NCBI GenBank assembly: GCA_963810095.1
Contig: CAWEMM010000009.1
Coordinates: 224,001 to 288,000, forward strand
DNA length: 64,000 nt
Direction: 5' to 3'
Source of the DNA: an uncultured Chloroflexia bacterium
Lineage (GTDB): Bacteria > Chloroflexota > Anaerolineae > CG2-30-64-16
Every line of letters starts with the position of its first letter. Within the stretch, counting starts at the first letter, position 1. This document shows, one piece after another, positions 52,896 to 63,485 of the stretch. The position numbers and the translations under genes were made by a program. The notes under the pieces are model-generated. The model had not been told where the DNA came from. It did not search any database and saw only the letters and a program-made list of their open reading frames with translations.

Positions 52896-54296
52896 TCAGA
52901 CCGGCGGTTTCTGCCTGTGCTCACCATTCGTGAGCAGTTCGATGAGATCCGCTGCGCCGGTCAGTTCGTCAAAGTGCCATACCAGGCCGGACAAAGCATC
53001 GACCCGCGCTTCATCCAGCACAAACTGCGCCATCCAGCGCAGCTTCTCGTCCATCCGGCTCGCGTCCCAGCCGGGTTGAGGGAAACGCAAGCCGCCATCG
53101 ACCAACCCCGACGAATAGCTCCGGCCGTCCTTGAGGGTGATCGTCACGATGCTGGCAAAGCGCCCTTTCGGGTCGCCCCGCGCGTAAAGTTCGGCCAGCC
53201 GCTGCATTTCCGGCGATTCGACAGTGGTGACCTTCGCCGCGACCCGGCGAATGGCCGGGTCGGCCAGCCGCGCTTCCAGGATTTGCGCGGGGCCGATTTC
53301 ACCGTCGACCAGCATCGCGGCCAGCGGCCAGGACTGGCTGAATTGCGCTTCCTCTGTCGTCGACGGCAGCCCCTTGAACAACGCGTCGGCGCCCTGGCAC
53401 CCTTCCACCAGGATGGTCTGGATTTGGTCGAGGTCGATGTGGTTTTCCTCGACCAGTCGCCGCGCGCCCTCCACGCCGGCGTGCGCCCAACCGCAGCACG
53501 CATAGCGCGCCGCCTTCCAGGCCACGCCCTCGAGGATCAGGTAGTCCTGCCCGATGTCGCAGGCCCAGTCCTGGTACTCGGGCAGCGCTAACAGCGTCGG
53601 CACGCCGGTATAGCCGCGGGCCGCGAGCCCCGCCGACATTACCCCGGTCATGGCCGCCCACCCGATGCCATGCTTGACCATGGCTGGCTGCGCCACGTCG
53701 CGCATCATCGGGAGGTTTGGCGCATGGTACTCTGCGATGCCCAGCGCATGGCCAGCCTGTTCGGGCGACAGGCGCAGGAGGTTCGCGGCGACGGCTGCGC
53801 ACGCCACGCTGCCCCACGACCCGCAGGCCTGGTACACCTCCCGGCTCGCGTGCCAGCAGCGGCCGATCCGGTGCGCTACCTCATATCCTACCACGATTGC
53901 GGCCAGAATATCCGCGCCGGTGCGGCCCAATCCTTCGCCCACGGCCAGCGCCGTCGGGAAGATCGACGCGCCCCCATGCCCGTTCGCATAGCGCGTGCTG
54001 TCGTCCAGGTCGAGCGCGTTGCTGGCGTTGCCGTTCGCAAACGCGGCGCCGGCCAGGCTGGCCCGCACCCCGTGGAGCCCGCGCTCGGGGCTGTGGGCCA
54101 GGATCGTGGCCTCGTTCCCCCGCCACGACTCGGCGGCATAGCCTGCCGAAATGCTGCTGATGCGCGTCAGCGTGCCGGAAATGGTCGCTCCCAGCCCGTC
54201 GGCGAAGCACATGCGCGCCTTGGCCTGCACCGGCTGAGGTAGCGCTTCCCAACGGGTCTGGGCGACGAAGCGAGCCGTGAGTTCATGTCCGTTCAT
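52896..54296 (-). CDS. MmgE/PrpD family protein
   Basis: AAFANG..SNALDLDD, GH, AIVVGYEV, YACC.WAH, EEAQFS. Confidence 0.9.
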   Translation of the reverse strand: MNGHELTARFVAQTRWEALPQPVQAKARMCFADGLGATISGTLTRISSISAGYAAESWRGNEATILAHSPERGLHGVRASLAGAAFANGNASNALDLDDSTRYANGHGGASIFPTALAVGEGLGRTGADILAAIVVGYEVAHRIGRCWHASREVYQACGSWGSVACAAVAANLLRLSPEQAGHALGIAEYHAPNLPMMRDVAQPAMVKHGIGWAAMTGVMSAGLAARGYTGVPTLLALPEYQDWACDIGQDYLILEGVAWKAARYACCGWAHAGVEGARRLVEENHIDLDQIQTILVEGCQGADALFKGLPSTTEEAQFSQSWPLAAMLVDGEIGPAQILEARLADPAIRRVAAKVTTVESPEMQRLAELYARGDPKGRFASIVTITLKDGRSYSSGLVDGGLRFPQPGWDASRMDEKLRWMAQFVLDEARVDALSGLVWHFDELTGAADLIELLTNGEHRQKPPV

Positions 54297-54411
54297 GGGC
54301 CTGACGCTTCCTTCTGACACGAGGCCGTACTGTACCATCTTTTCCGGTTTGCGAAAACCCCTGTTGGAAAGCAATTATGCCGGGCGCTGTGCGCTGGCCG
54401 GGCTTTCGAGC

Positions 54412-55866
54412 TCAGCCGCGGGCGCCGGCGACGATCTCGTCCAGCCGCTGCTGAACGTCCGCGGGCAGCGGCTCGGCCGTGTGCGTCGCGAGGATCTTGA
54501 GCGCCTTCTCCTGGGCGCGCTGGCGCAGCGTCTTGCCGCCCGCCCGGCTCCAGTCTTCGTACGGCCGGCGGTCGAAGAGCTTCGGGTACCAGTCCGACTT
54601 GTAGTGCTTCCGGGTGTGGTCCGCGCCCATGAAGTCGCCAAAGGGCCCGATTTCGTCGATGATGTCCAGCCCGAGCGTCTCGTCGTTGATCTCGAGGCCC
54701 TTCATAAACTGTTTCGTGTACCCGATCATCTCGTCGCACATGACAAGCTGCTCGATCGAGTTGCACATCCCGCCTTCGAGGTAACCCACGTCGTGTGCCA
54801 TCTGCGCGCCGGCCAGGGTTTCCAGGATGATGGAGAAAGCCGCCTCGGCCGCGGCCTGTTCGTCCGGGATTTTGGAATCGCTGCACCCGGCAAGCCCGAA
54901 GATGGGCAGCCCGTAGCGATGTGCCAGCTCCACCAGCATCACGCGGTTGTTCGGATCGCTGTACGAATCCACCGTGGTCCGCATGTCGAGCATGTCGTTC
55001 ACGCCGCCGGTCAGGATGATAGGCGTGCCCTCGCGCTTGATCTGCGCGATCACCAGTCCGGCCAGTTCCCCCGCGTTCGCCATCGCAATCGCGCCCGCGG
55101 CCGTCACAGGCCCGCTCACCCCGCGCAAGACGACAGGGGTGTAGGTGGTGGGCAGCCCCTTGCCGGCCATGAAGATGAGCTTCTGCAGCGCCTCCGCGTT
55201 GTGGCGCAGCGCGTGCGTCACGTTGATGTACAGGGCACAGATCGGGTTGCGCCGCAGCGCCTCTTCGCCGCCGGCCACTGCCTCGACCATCCGGATCACG
55301 TCCACGCAGCCGGGAAACTCGGTCGTGACGAACAGGATCGGCTTGGTCGTGTGCGTAAGCATGGCGCGCATCTGGTGCCGGTCCGACACGGCCTGGTCGA
55401 CGTCGGATGCGATGCAGAACGACATAACGAAGTCGATGTTGGGGAGCGCGTCGCAGACCAGCGCAGCTTCCTCGATGTCGCGCAACGTCCCAACTCGCCG
55501 CACACCGTCGCGCACGTCGATCACATTGGGGCAATCGGAGCCCGGCCCGTAGAAGACGTTGTTGCGTTCGAGCGGCATGACGCGGCGGCCGTTGCGGTCG
55601 CAGATGACCGTTCGTTTCGGCGCCGTGTTCAGCGCCCATTCCACCAGCCCCGGCGGGATGCGCACCCGGGCGCCCCGTCCCTCGTCGACCGCCTCGGCCG
55701 TGATGCCCTTGCGCCGCAGAAGTTCCACTGCCTCGGGCTCGTACAGGACGACACCCGTGCGGTCGAGGATCTCCAGGCTCGCGTGGTGTAGGCGCTCGGT
55801 CTGGTCGTCGGAAAGCTTCCGGAAACGCGGCGTGTCGTAGGATGTGTAGTTGCTTTGTAGGGTCAT
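54412..55866 (-). CDS. MttB-superfamily methyltransferase, non-pyrrolysine
   Basis: HHASLEILDRTGV, YGPGSDC, GPVTAAG, AGCSDSKIPDEQA, HDVGYLE. Intact ORF. Confidence 0.93.
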   Translation of the reverse strand: MTLQSNYTSYDTPRFRKLSDDQTERLHHASLEILDRTGVVLYEPEAVELLRRKGITAEAVDEGRGARVRIPPGLVEWALNTAPKRTVICDRNGRRVMPLERNNVFYGPGSDCPNVIDVRDGVRRVGTLRDIEEAALVCDALPNIDFVMSFCIASDVDQAVSDRHQMRAMLTHTTKPILFVTTEFPGCVDVIRMVEAVAGGEEALRRNPICALYINVTHALRHNAEALQKLIFMAGKGLPTTYTPVVLRGVSGPVTAAGAIAMANAGELAGLVIAQIKREGTPIILTGGVNDMLDMRTTVDSYSDPNNRVMLVELAHRYGLPIFGLAGCSDSKIPDEQAAAEAAFSIILETLAGAQMAHDVGYLEGGMCNSIEQLVMCDEMIGYTKQFMKGLEINDETLGLDIIDEIGPFGDFMGADHTRKHYKSDWYPKLFDRRPYEDWSRAGGKTLRQRAQEKALKILATHTAEPLPADVQQRLDEIVAGARG

Positions 55867-55881
55867 TAGAATTGCTCCTGA

Positions 55882-56787
55882 TTAACTCGACGCTGATGAC
55901 GCAAATGCGGCATGATTGCCCGTAGCGTGTTCGGCACGCCGAACGGCAAGCGCCAGCGCTTCCTCGACCAGCACCGGCAGCACCGCGAGCCGGTACTCGC
56001 GGGATGCGCGCAGGACGCTGGAACGCGGGTCGGCATCGCACAGAGCCAGCCGTGCGGCCTCCGCCAACAGCTCAGGCCGCGCTCCGCGGCCGGCCAGGAA
56101 TGCTTCGGCGTCGTGGGCCCGGATGGGGCAAGGACCGACCGGGCCCATCGCGATGGCCGCCGAAACAATCAGGCCGCCGTCCAGCACCACTTTGACCGCG
56201 CAATTCAGGGTCGGCAGCACGAGCGCCGGCCGTCGCCCTGCCCGGCGCCACGCCGTCCCCCACGCGCCCGGGGGGATCGGGAAGCGAATGTGCGTGACGA
56301 TCTCCCGGGTCGAGTCGATGGTCGACCGGCCCGGCCCTGCGTAGAGCTCGGCCACGGGCCGCCAGCGCTCGCGTTTCATATCCAGCACACGCACTTCGGC
56401 ATCCAGGGCGGTGGCAATGATCGCGCCGTCTGCCGCCGGCATGGCTTGCACCAGGTTTCCGACCCAAGTGGCCGACGTCTGGATTGCGAGTGCGCCGACC
56501 GACGCGGCCGCGTCGACGAGTGCATGGAAGTGGGACGCGAGGTACGGGTGCTCGCGCAGCGCGACGAACGGCACGGCCGCGCCAATCGTCGCCCACCCGT
56601 CGCCGACTTCGATCGCGCCGAGTTCGGGGATGCGGGTGATATCCACCAGGCAGGCCGGCGTATGCTTGCCCTGCTCGATGTCGAGCAGGATGTCCGTGCC
56701 CCCCGCGACGATACGGGCATGACCGGCACACGCATGGAGCATTTCCAGGGCCTGCTGCGGCGTGGTGGGGAAGAGATAGTCCGTCAT
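55882..56787 (-). CDS. Xanthine dehydrogenase family FAD-binding subunit
   Basis: VAGGTDI, AASVG...IQTSATWVGNL....PAAD, RASREYR. Confidence 0.92.
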   Translation of the reverse strand: MTDYLFPTTPQQALEMLHACAGHARIVAGGTDILLDIEQGKHTPACLVDITRIPELGAIEVGDGWATIGAAVPFVALREHPYLASHFHALVDAAASVGALAIQTSATWVGNLVQAMPAADGAIIATALDAEVRVLDMKRERWRPVAELYAGPGRSTIDSTREIVTHIRFPIPPGAWGTAWRRAGRRPALVLPTLNCAVKVVLDGGLIVSAAIAMGPVGPCPIRAHDAEAFLAGRGARPELLAEAARLALCDADPRSSVLRASREYRLAVLPVLVEEALALAVRRAEHATGNHAAFASSASS

Positions 56788-59536
56788 CGTTCCTCCCCGC
56801 GAATCGCTGCCAGGATGCGCTCGGGCGTGGCGGGGATCGTGCGCACCCGCTGGCCAATGGCCCGCGAGATCGCATTGACGATCGCGGGCGTGGCGGGCAG
56901 CATGGCCGCCTCCCCCAGCCCCTTCACGCCGAACGGGCCGAAACGGCTGGGCACTTCGACAAGGACGACCTCGATCTCGGGCATCGACTTAACCGTCGGG
57001 AGATAGTAGTCGGCAAACCCGGTGGTATGGCCGGGCAGCACCTCTTCCATCAACGCCGCGCCCAATCCCATCACGACCGCACCCTCGATCTGCCCTTCCG
57101 CGTCCGGCCGGTTGACCGCACGGCCTACGTCGTGCGCGGCGACCATTCTCAGCACTTGGACCTCGCCGGTACGCATGTTTACTTCGACCTCGGCCAGGTG
57201 CGCGCCGGTGACGAAGAGTGGGGCATACTCGGGACTGGCCTCGGGCGGGAAGCGAGGCGATAGGTCGAAGATGCCGAGGGTGCGCCGCGATTTGCCGAGC
57301 CGGTCGAACTCGCGGGCGACCTCTGCCAGCGGCAGGTGCAGCCCGTCGGGTGATACCACGGCCCGCCCCGCCAGCGAGAGCGAGGCGGGCGCCCGGTCGA
57401 GGATCTCGGCTGCGACGCCCAGCACTTCGTCCAGCAGGTTTGCGGCAGCTCGGACCACTGCGCCGCCGACAAAATAGGTCGCGCGCGACGCGCCCTGGAT
57501 GCCGCTGTCGGGGGCCCGTGCCGTGTCCGAGTTGACCAGGATGACTTCATCTCGGCTCACGCCCAGGGCCTCGGCGGCCATTTGCACCATCGTGGTGTTC
57601 GTGCCCTGCCCGTAATCGGCTGCGGTGCAGTAGATGACGAACCGGCCGTCGCTTGCCAGCTCCGCGTGCGCCTCAATCCGCAGCGATCCGGACTTGCCGA
57701 AGCGATACCACATCCCGGCAAGCCCCACGCCGCGGGAGAAGCCCGGTTTGTCTTGGGAAGACCCGGCCCGCACGCCGGCGAGCATCGCCTCGTAATGCGG
57801 CCGGAGCGCCTCCAGCACCTCGCGGAACCCGAGCGACTCTGCCACCGGATAGCCGAGGAACGAGTTTTCGCCGTCATGCAGCCGGTTCTGCAGCCGGAAC
57901 TCGAGCGGGTCCGCCCCAAGCCGCTGGCACAGCTCGTCCAGCGCGCACTCGGTGGCAAAGCACGCCTGCGCGGTCCCGAACCCGCGGTACTGGCCCGCTT
58001 TCGGACCGTTGGTGTAGACGGTCTGCGCCCGGGCGTCGACTGCGGCCCAGCGGTACGGGCCGCCGCTGGCGGTCACGGCATAGTTCGGAATGTATTGCCC
58101 CGAGGCATCATACGCGCCCGTGTTGGCTTCGATTCGTGTCTGGATGCCCGTCAGCCGCCCATCGCGGGTGGCGCCGATGCGATTGCGGACCAGGTAGGGG
58201 TGGCGCTTGGGCGAGGCATGAAATGACTCCTGCCGTGAGTAGACGAGCATCACGGGCCGCTGCGTCGCATAGGTCATCAGCGCGGTCGCGATGAACGGCC
58301 ACGGGTCCTGCTTGCCCCCGAACGACCCACCGGTCGGTGGAATCACGACGCGTACCTGCTCGCGCGGCAGCGCCAGGCTTGCCGAGATGTAGGCTTGCTG
58401 GTAGTACGCCTCGTGCGCGCCGCCGGCCACCGTCAGGCGGCCCTCGTCGTCGTAGTAGCCCAGCAGCGACTCACGTTCCAGCGCGCCGTGCTCGAGAAAC
58501 GCGGTGCGGTACTCGGTCTCGACGACCACGGCGGACCGCTCGAGCGCGGTTTCAAGATCGCCGTGCTTGACCTCATAGGAACTGAGAATGTTCCCGCGGC
58601 CGGCAATATACGGTGCGCCCGAGACCTGCGCGGCTTCGACGTCGAAGGTGTGTGGCAGCATCTGGTAGTCCACCTTGGCGGCCGCCGCGCCTGCCCGCGC
58701 CGAGCCGACGGTTTCGGCCACCACCAGCGCGACCGGCGCACCGATCATTCGGACGGTCGCGCCCAACCGGCGCCAAGCACCGGCTCTTCCTGGCTGTAAT
58801 CCCCCAGGCCGTTTTCGCCGGGAATGTCCGCTGCGGTGAGCACCGCCACGACGCCGGGAACTGCCTGCGCTTCGCTTAGGTCGATCGAGAGTACCCGGGC
58901 GTGGTGGTGGGGCGACCGCACGACCGCGCCGTGCAGCATGCCGTCCATCCGCATGTCCTCGACATAGCGGGTGGCGCCGGTTACCTTGCCCTGAGAGTCC
59001 GTGCGTAGGTTGCTGCCGCCGATCGCACCGGGGGCATTGGGCTTGGGGGCAAGCGTCGGAGCTTCCTGTGATCGCAGCCGCCGCGCCGCAAGTTCGACTG
59101 CCTGCACGATCTTCCGGTAACCGGTACACCGGCACAGGTTGCCTTCGAGCGCGTCGACGATTTCCCCCCGGCTCGGCTCCTGCGTCCGGTCGAGCAGCCC
59201 CTTGGCCGCCATCAACATGCCGGGCGTGCAGAAGCCGCACTGGACCGCGCCGGCCTCGACGAACGCGGTTTGCAGCGGATGCAGGCCGTCCGGACCGGCG
59301 AGCCCTTCCACCGTCTGCACCTGCCGGCCGGCAACCTTGCCGACGGGCGTCAGGCAGGAGCGGACGGGCCGCCCGTCGAGCAGCACCGTGCACGCACCGC
59401 ACTCCCCTTCGTGGTCACACCCTTGCTTCGTTCCGGTCAGGCCCAGGTCCGCCCGGAGCACATCAAGCAGCGGCCGCGCCGGGTCCGTATCGACCGCGAC
59501 GAGGATGCGATTCAAGGAAAACACAATGTGGGACAA
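56784..59536 (-). CDS. Xanthine dehydrogenase family fused 2Fe-2S + molybdopterin-binding subunit (frameshift ~58768)
   Basis: GTKQGCDHEGECGACTV, QCGFCTPG, NLCRCTGY. KVTG...YVED, GGSFGGK, YRGFG, GQG, GQIEG, KGLGE. Confidence 0.92.
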
Positions 59537-59563
59537 ACCTGTGCCTCGGAATCTATCTTCTTA

Positions 59564-59620
59564 TCCGCATTCCCTCGTCCTCGCAGCTATCGAAAAGCTG
59601 CGGCGACGGGGGAATGCGGA
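59564..59620. other. Strong intergenic hairpin (terminator/stabiliser)
   Basis: TCCGCATTCCCTCGTC.TCGCAGCT-loop-AGCTGCGGCGACGGGGGAATGCGGA. Confidence 0.6.
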
Positions 59621-59632
59621 CTTGCGAACACT

Positions 59633-60746
59633 CTATGCCGGAACGGTTCTCAGGTCTGTGAGGACAGTTTCGAGGGTTGAGATGAGCCGGGCGTTCTGGG
59701 TTGCATCTCCGACGGTAATGCGGAGATACTCCGGCAGATCGTAGCCCGTGCAGGGGCGGACGATGACCCCGCGCTTAAGCAGTTCCTCGTACACTCGTTT
59801 CGCCTCCGGACCCAACCGGGCAAGCAGGAAGTTGGTCTGGCTGCGCACGTAGCCGATGCCCAGCCGGTCGAACTCGCGATAGAGGAACTCGCGGCCTGCG
59901 GCGTTCACGCTCACCGTGCGCTTGAGAAATGCGCTGTCCTTCAACGCCGCTTCTCCCGCCACCTGGGCCAGCAGGTTGACCGGGAAGGACTCGGTGCAGG
60001 CGCGCATCGGGGCAAGCAACTCGGCCGAGGCGAGGGCGTAGCCTAAGCGGATGCCCGCGATGCCGTATGCCTTCGAGAACGTGCGGAGGATGCAGACGTT
60101 CTTGCGGCCTTCCAGAACGTACGGCAGCGTGTCGGGGTATTCGGGATCATCTACAAAGTCGTAGTACGCCTCGTCAAAGACCACGATCGCCGTGTCGGGC
60201 ACGCGCGCCATGAAGCGGTCGACCTCGGCCGCGGTCACGATGCTGCTCGTCGGGTTGTTCGGGTTACAGACGAAGATCAGCCGGGTGCGCGGGGTGATCG
60301 CGCCGGCCATCGCACGCAGGTCGAACCGGAGATCGGGTGTGAGCGCGTGTCTTCACCAGCCGGGCGCGCATCACCGCGGCGCTGATGTCGTAAACCGGGA
60401 ACGACGAGCAGCTGGTCAGCACCTCGTCGCCGTCGTTCAGGTAGGACACACACAGCTCGCGGATCACGCCGTCGGCCCCGTTGCCCACCCGGACCATCTC
60501 GGGTTCCACCCCATGATACGCTCCGAGCGCGTGCCGAAGCCGGTACGCCTGTGCGTCCGGGTACATGTTGAGCGAGGGCAGCGCCTCCATCAGCGCCTGC
60601 ACGACGACGGGCGACGCGCCGATAGGGTTCTCGTTTGATGCCAGCTTGATGATATCCGTCAGCCCATACTCCCGCTGCACTTCCTCGATCGGCTTGCCGG
60701 GGACGTAAGGGCGGATCGCACTCAGGCCACGTTGCGGCTTAACCAT
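59633..60746 (-). CDS. hisC: Histidinol-phosphate/aromatic aminotransferase (frameshift ~60345)
   Basis: YVPGKP, KLASNENP, CNPNNPT, DEAY, RTFSKAYGIAGIRLGY, LRITVG. Confidence 0.88.
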
Positions 60747-60750
60747 GGTT

Positions 60751-62892
60751 TCACCTTGCCTCTTGTTGCACGCAGATGATGCGGACGTCGCCGGCCACAG
60801 CGCCGGCGGGAGAAGCAAACACCGGGTTCAGATCGATCTCGGCGAGCTCGGGATAGGCGAAAGGCAGCTCGGACACGCGCACGACCATGTCGGCCAGCGC
60901 GTGCACGTCTACCCCCTGCTGGCCCCGCGCACCCGCCAGGATGCGATACCCGCGTATCGACCGGATCATCGCGTGTGCTTCGGCATGGTTCACCGGCGCG
61001 ACGCGCAGCGCGACGTCTGCAAGCACTTCGGTATAGATGCCGCCCAGGCCGAACGCTACGACCGGCCCAAACTGCCGATCGCGGGACAGGCCGATCAGGA
61101 CCTCGTGGCCCCCGCGGATCAGTGGGTAGACGACGACGCCGGCGAACGACGCGCTTTCTGCCCGACCCCGGATGGTCCTGAACGCCTCGAGTGCCGCGGC
61201 TTCGTCCCGGATGCCCACGATCACGCCCCCTCGCTCCGACTTGTGCAGGATATCGGGCGAAACGACCTTCATCACCGCGGGGAAACCGACGCCGTAACAC
61301 GCGGCCGCGGCTTCTTCTTCATTCTCGGCAAACATGAAGACTGGGGTGGGGATGCCGTTACCGCCCAGCCACATCATCGCGTCCGGTTCGAGGATGGGCT
61401 CCCGCGGCAGCGCGGGGCGCTCCGACACGGCGACCGGCGCATAGGCATCATACGGGTTCGCGTCGGGGCCGCATTTTGGTAGGCGCGCCATATTCGCAAG
61501 CGCCGTCACAGCACGTTCGGGCGTTGGGAAGTTGAGGATGCCGTTCTCGTGCAGGTACGCGACGGCGCCGGCCGTGACGGCCTCGGGGAGGAAACTCGTC
61601 AAGATGGGCTTGCCCGTCGTGCGGGCCGCATCCACGATGCCGCGGGCGATGGACAGCGACTCCAGGTAGGGCGGCGCGATGTTAATCGCCACGGCGGCAT
61701 CGAACAGGGCGCCCTCAGAAACCAGGTTGCTTGAAGAAACCTGGTTTCTCTCGAACAAGGCCGTCAGCGTCTCGCGATACCCCTTTTCCGTCCCTTCCAC
61801 GGTCAGGTCGATCGGGTTCTTGAGCGCGGCGTGGGCGGGCAAGAACGCGGCGAGCTTTGCCTTGACCGCGGTGTCCGGCTCCGCCACGATGAGCCCCACC
61901 GCCTCGGCCTTGTCCGCGGCCAGGATACTTGGCCCGCCCGAGTTCGTCACCACTGCGACGCGGCCTCCCGTCAACGCGGGCAGACCGGTCAGCGCGCGGC
62001 ACAGGTCGAACATCTCCTCGGCTGACGACACCCGCAGCGCTCCGCACTGGCGGAAAGCCGCGTCGTAAACCGCGTCGCTGCCCGCCAGAGAGCCCGTGTG
62101 GGAGAGCGTCGCACGTTGCCCCGACTCCCCGCGGCCCGCCTTGATCACGATGACCGGCTTTTGCGCCCGGCATCGTGCGACCGCGTGCATGAATGCCCGC
62201 CCATCGCTCACGGTCTCGATGTAGACGCACACCACGTGCGTTTCGGGATCGTCCGCCAGGTAGTTCAGCAGGTCGACTTCGTTGACGTCGGCGCGGTTGC
62301 CATAGCTTACGAACTTCGAGATGCCGAGCCCGTCCCGCTTCGCCCATCCGAGCAGCACGCCCGCCAGCGCGCCGCTCTGCGAGATAATCGCGACGTGGCC
62401 GGGCGGGGGCAAGGTCTCCAGCGTGGGGCAGAGGCGGTGCGCGGTGTTGATGATGCCTGCGCAGTTCGGCCCGACTATCCGGAGGCCATTGGCCGCGGCC
62501 ACGGCCTTGATTTCTGCCTCGCCGGCCTGGTTGCCCATCTCCCCGAAACCCGACGAGATGATGACGGCCGCGCTAACCCCTGCCTGCCCGCATTCCTCGA
62601 GAACCGCGGCCACCGTGCCGGCGGGCGAGGCAATCACGGCAAGGTCGACGGGCAATCCGGCGGCTGTGAGCGAAGAGCAGCCCGGAACGCCAAGCGCGCC
62701 CTGGCCCTTCGGGTTGATTGCGACCACGTCGCGATATCCGCCTGCCAGCATCTGCCGCAGCAGCTCGTACCCCAGCTTGCCCTCAGCGACCGAGCCGACC
62801 AGCGCGACCGCCCGCGGGGTGAAGAAGGGTTCGAGACTGGAGACTTCTGGCCTCTCGTCGGGCCCGAAGCGCTGCCCTGGGGACGCGCTCAT
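60751..62892 (-). CDS. ADP-forming acyl-CoA synthetase (acetate--CoA ligase, fused alpha/beta)
   Basis: GPNCAG, SQSGAL, SHTGSLAG phospho-His, NSGG, NPIDL, HKSERGGV, DLNPV. Confidence 0.93.
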   Translation of the reverse strand: MSASPGQRFGPDERPEVSSLEPFFTPRAVALVGSVAEGKLGYELLRQMLAGGYRDVVAINPKGQGALGVPGCSSLTAAGLPVDLAVIASPAGTVAAVLEECGQAGVSAAVIISSGFGEMGNQAGEAEIKAVAAANGLRIVGPNCAGIINTAHRLCPTLETLPPPGHVAIISQSGALAGVLLGWAKRDGLGISKFVSYGNRADVNEVDLLNYLADDPETHVVCVYIETVSDGRAFMHAVARCRAQKPVIVIKAGRGESGQRATLSHTGSLAGSDAVYDAAFRQCGALRVSSAEEMFDLCRALTGLPALTGGRVAVVTNSGGPSILAADKAEAVGLIVAEPDTAVKAKLAAFLPAHAALKNPIDLTVEGTEKGYRETLTALFERNQVSSSNLVSEGALFDAAVAINIAPPYLESLSIARGIVDAARTTGKPILTSFLPEAVTAGAVAYLHENGILNFPTPERAVTALANMARLPKCGPDANPYDAYAPVAVSERPALPREPILEPDAMMWLGGNGIPTPVFMFAENEEEAAAACYGVGFPAVMKVVSPDILHKSERGGVIVGIRDEAAALEAFRTIRGRAESASFAGVVVYPLIRGGHEVLIGLSRDRQFGPVVAFGLGGIYTEVLADVALRVAPVNHAEAHAMIRSIRGYRILAGARGQQGVDVHALADMVVRVSELPFAYPELAEIDLNPVFASPAGAVAGDVRIICVQQEAR

Positions 62893-63485
62893 TGCACTAC
62901 CATGGCCGCGGCTGAGTTGAACGCAAACAGGTTGCGCGCGACGCCCCGCTTCCACCGGCCTCCGATGACTTCCGCCACCGCCGCCGGCGCGATCACCCGA
63001 CCGAGGCCGGTCTGCGCGGCTGCGACGCCCAGCGTGTAGACATTGTCTGGCACGGGCTGGCCCTCGAAAAGCGGCAGCACCTCGGGATCGATCACGACGG
63101 GCCACGCGCCCGCCGCCTCTACCTGCTTCACGACGGCCTCGAGTTCGGGATAGGGCGCCTTGCCCAGCATCACTGCGGTGGGCTGCCACACGGCGGCAAA
63201 CAGGACGAAGTCGCCGCCGGGCTTCACGAAACGAACCGCCTTGAGCGCCTCTGACACCTCGGTCGCCACCACGAGGTCGGCGCCCTGCTCGGGAATCGCC
63301 GGCCCGGGTGTCGCCCGGCCGATCCTCAACTGCGCCTTGACAAATCCGCCGCGCTGCGCCATGCCCTTGGTCGGGTAGAAGTTGACGGGCAGCCCCGCTC
63401 GGAAGGCGGTTTCGGCGATGATCTCGCCGATGGTCAACACACCCTGCCCGCCCACGCCGACCAGGTAGATATCATACGTGTTCAT
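62889..63485 (-). CDS. iorB: Indolepyruvate ferredoxin oxidoreductase beta subunit
   Basis: GVGGQGVL, GMAQRGGFV, EALKAVRFVKPGG, NLFAF. Confidence 0.88.
   Translation of the reverse strand: MNTYDIYLVGVGGQGVLTIGEIIAETAFRAGLPVNFYPTKGMAQRGGFVKAQLRIGRATPGPAIPEQGADLVVATEVSEALKAVRFVKPGGDFVLFAAVWQPTAVMLGKAPYPELEAVVKQVEAAGAWPVVIDPEVLPLFEGQPVPDNVYTLGVAAAQTGLGRVIAPAAVAEVIGGRWKRGVARNLFAFNSAAAMVVQ

Noticed and set aside
42877-55866. Pyrrolysine or selenocysteine recoding in the MttB or Mo-enzyme genes
   Set aside because: No in-frame TAG/TGA at the relevant positions. The ORF breaks are frameshifts, not stops.
5779-60746. Many split genes as pseudogenes or programmed frameshifts
   Set aside because: Catalytic motifs are intact on both sides of each break, there are no in-frame stops or slippery heptamers, and the breaks affect unrelated genes evenly. 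Sequencing error is more parsimonious.
59633-60746. hisC as part of a histidine biosynthesis operon
   Set aside because: No other his genes are present. The context (iorAB, ADP-forming ACS) favours a catabolic aromatic aminotransferase role.
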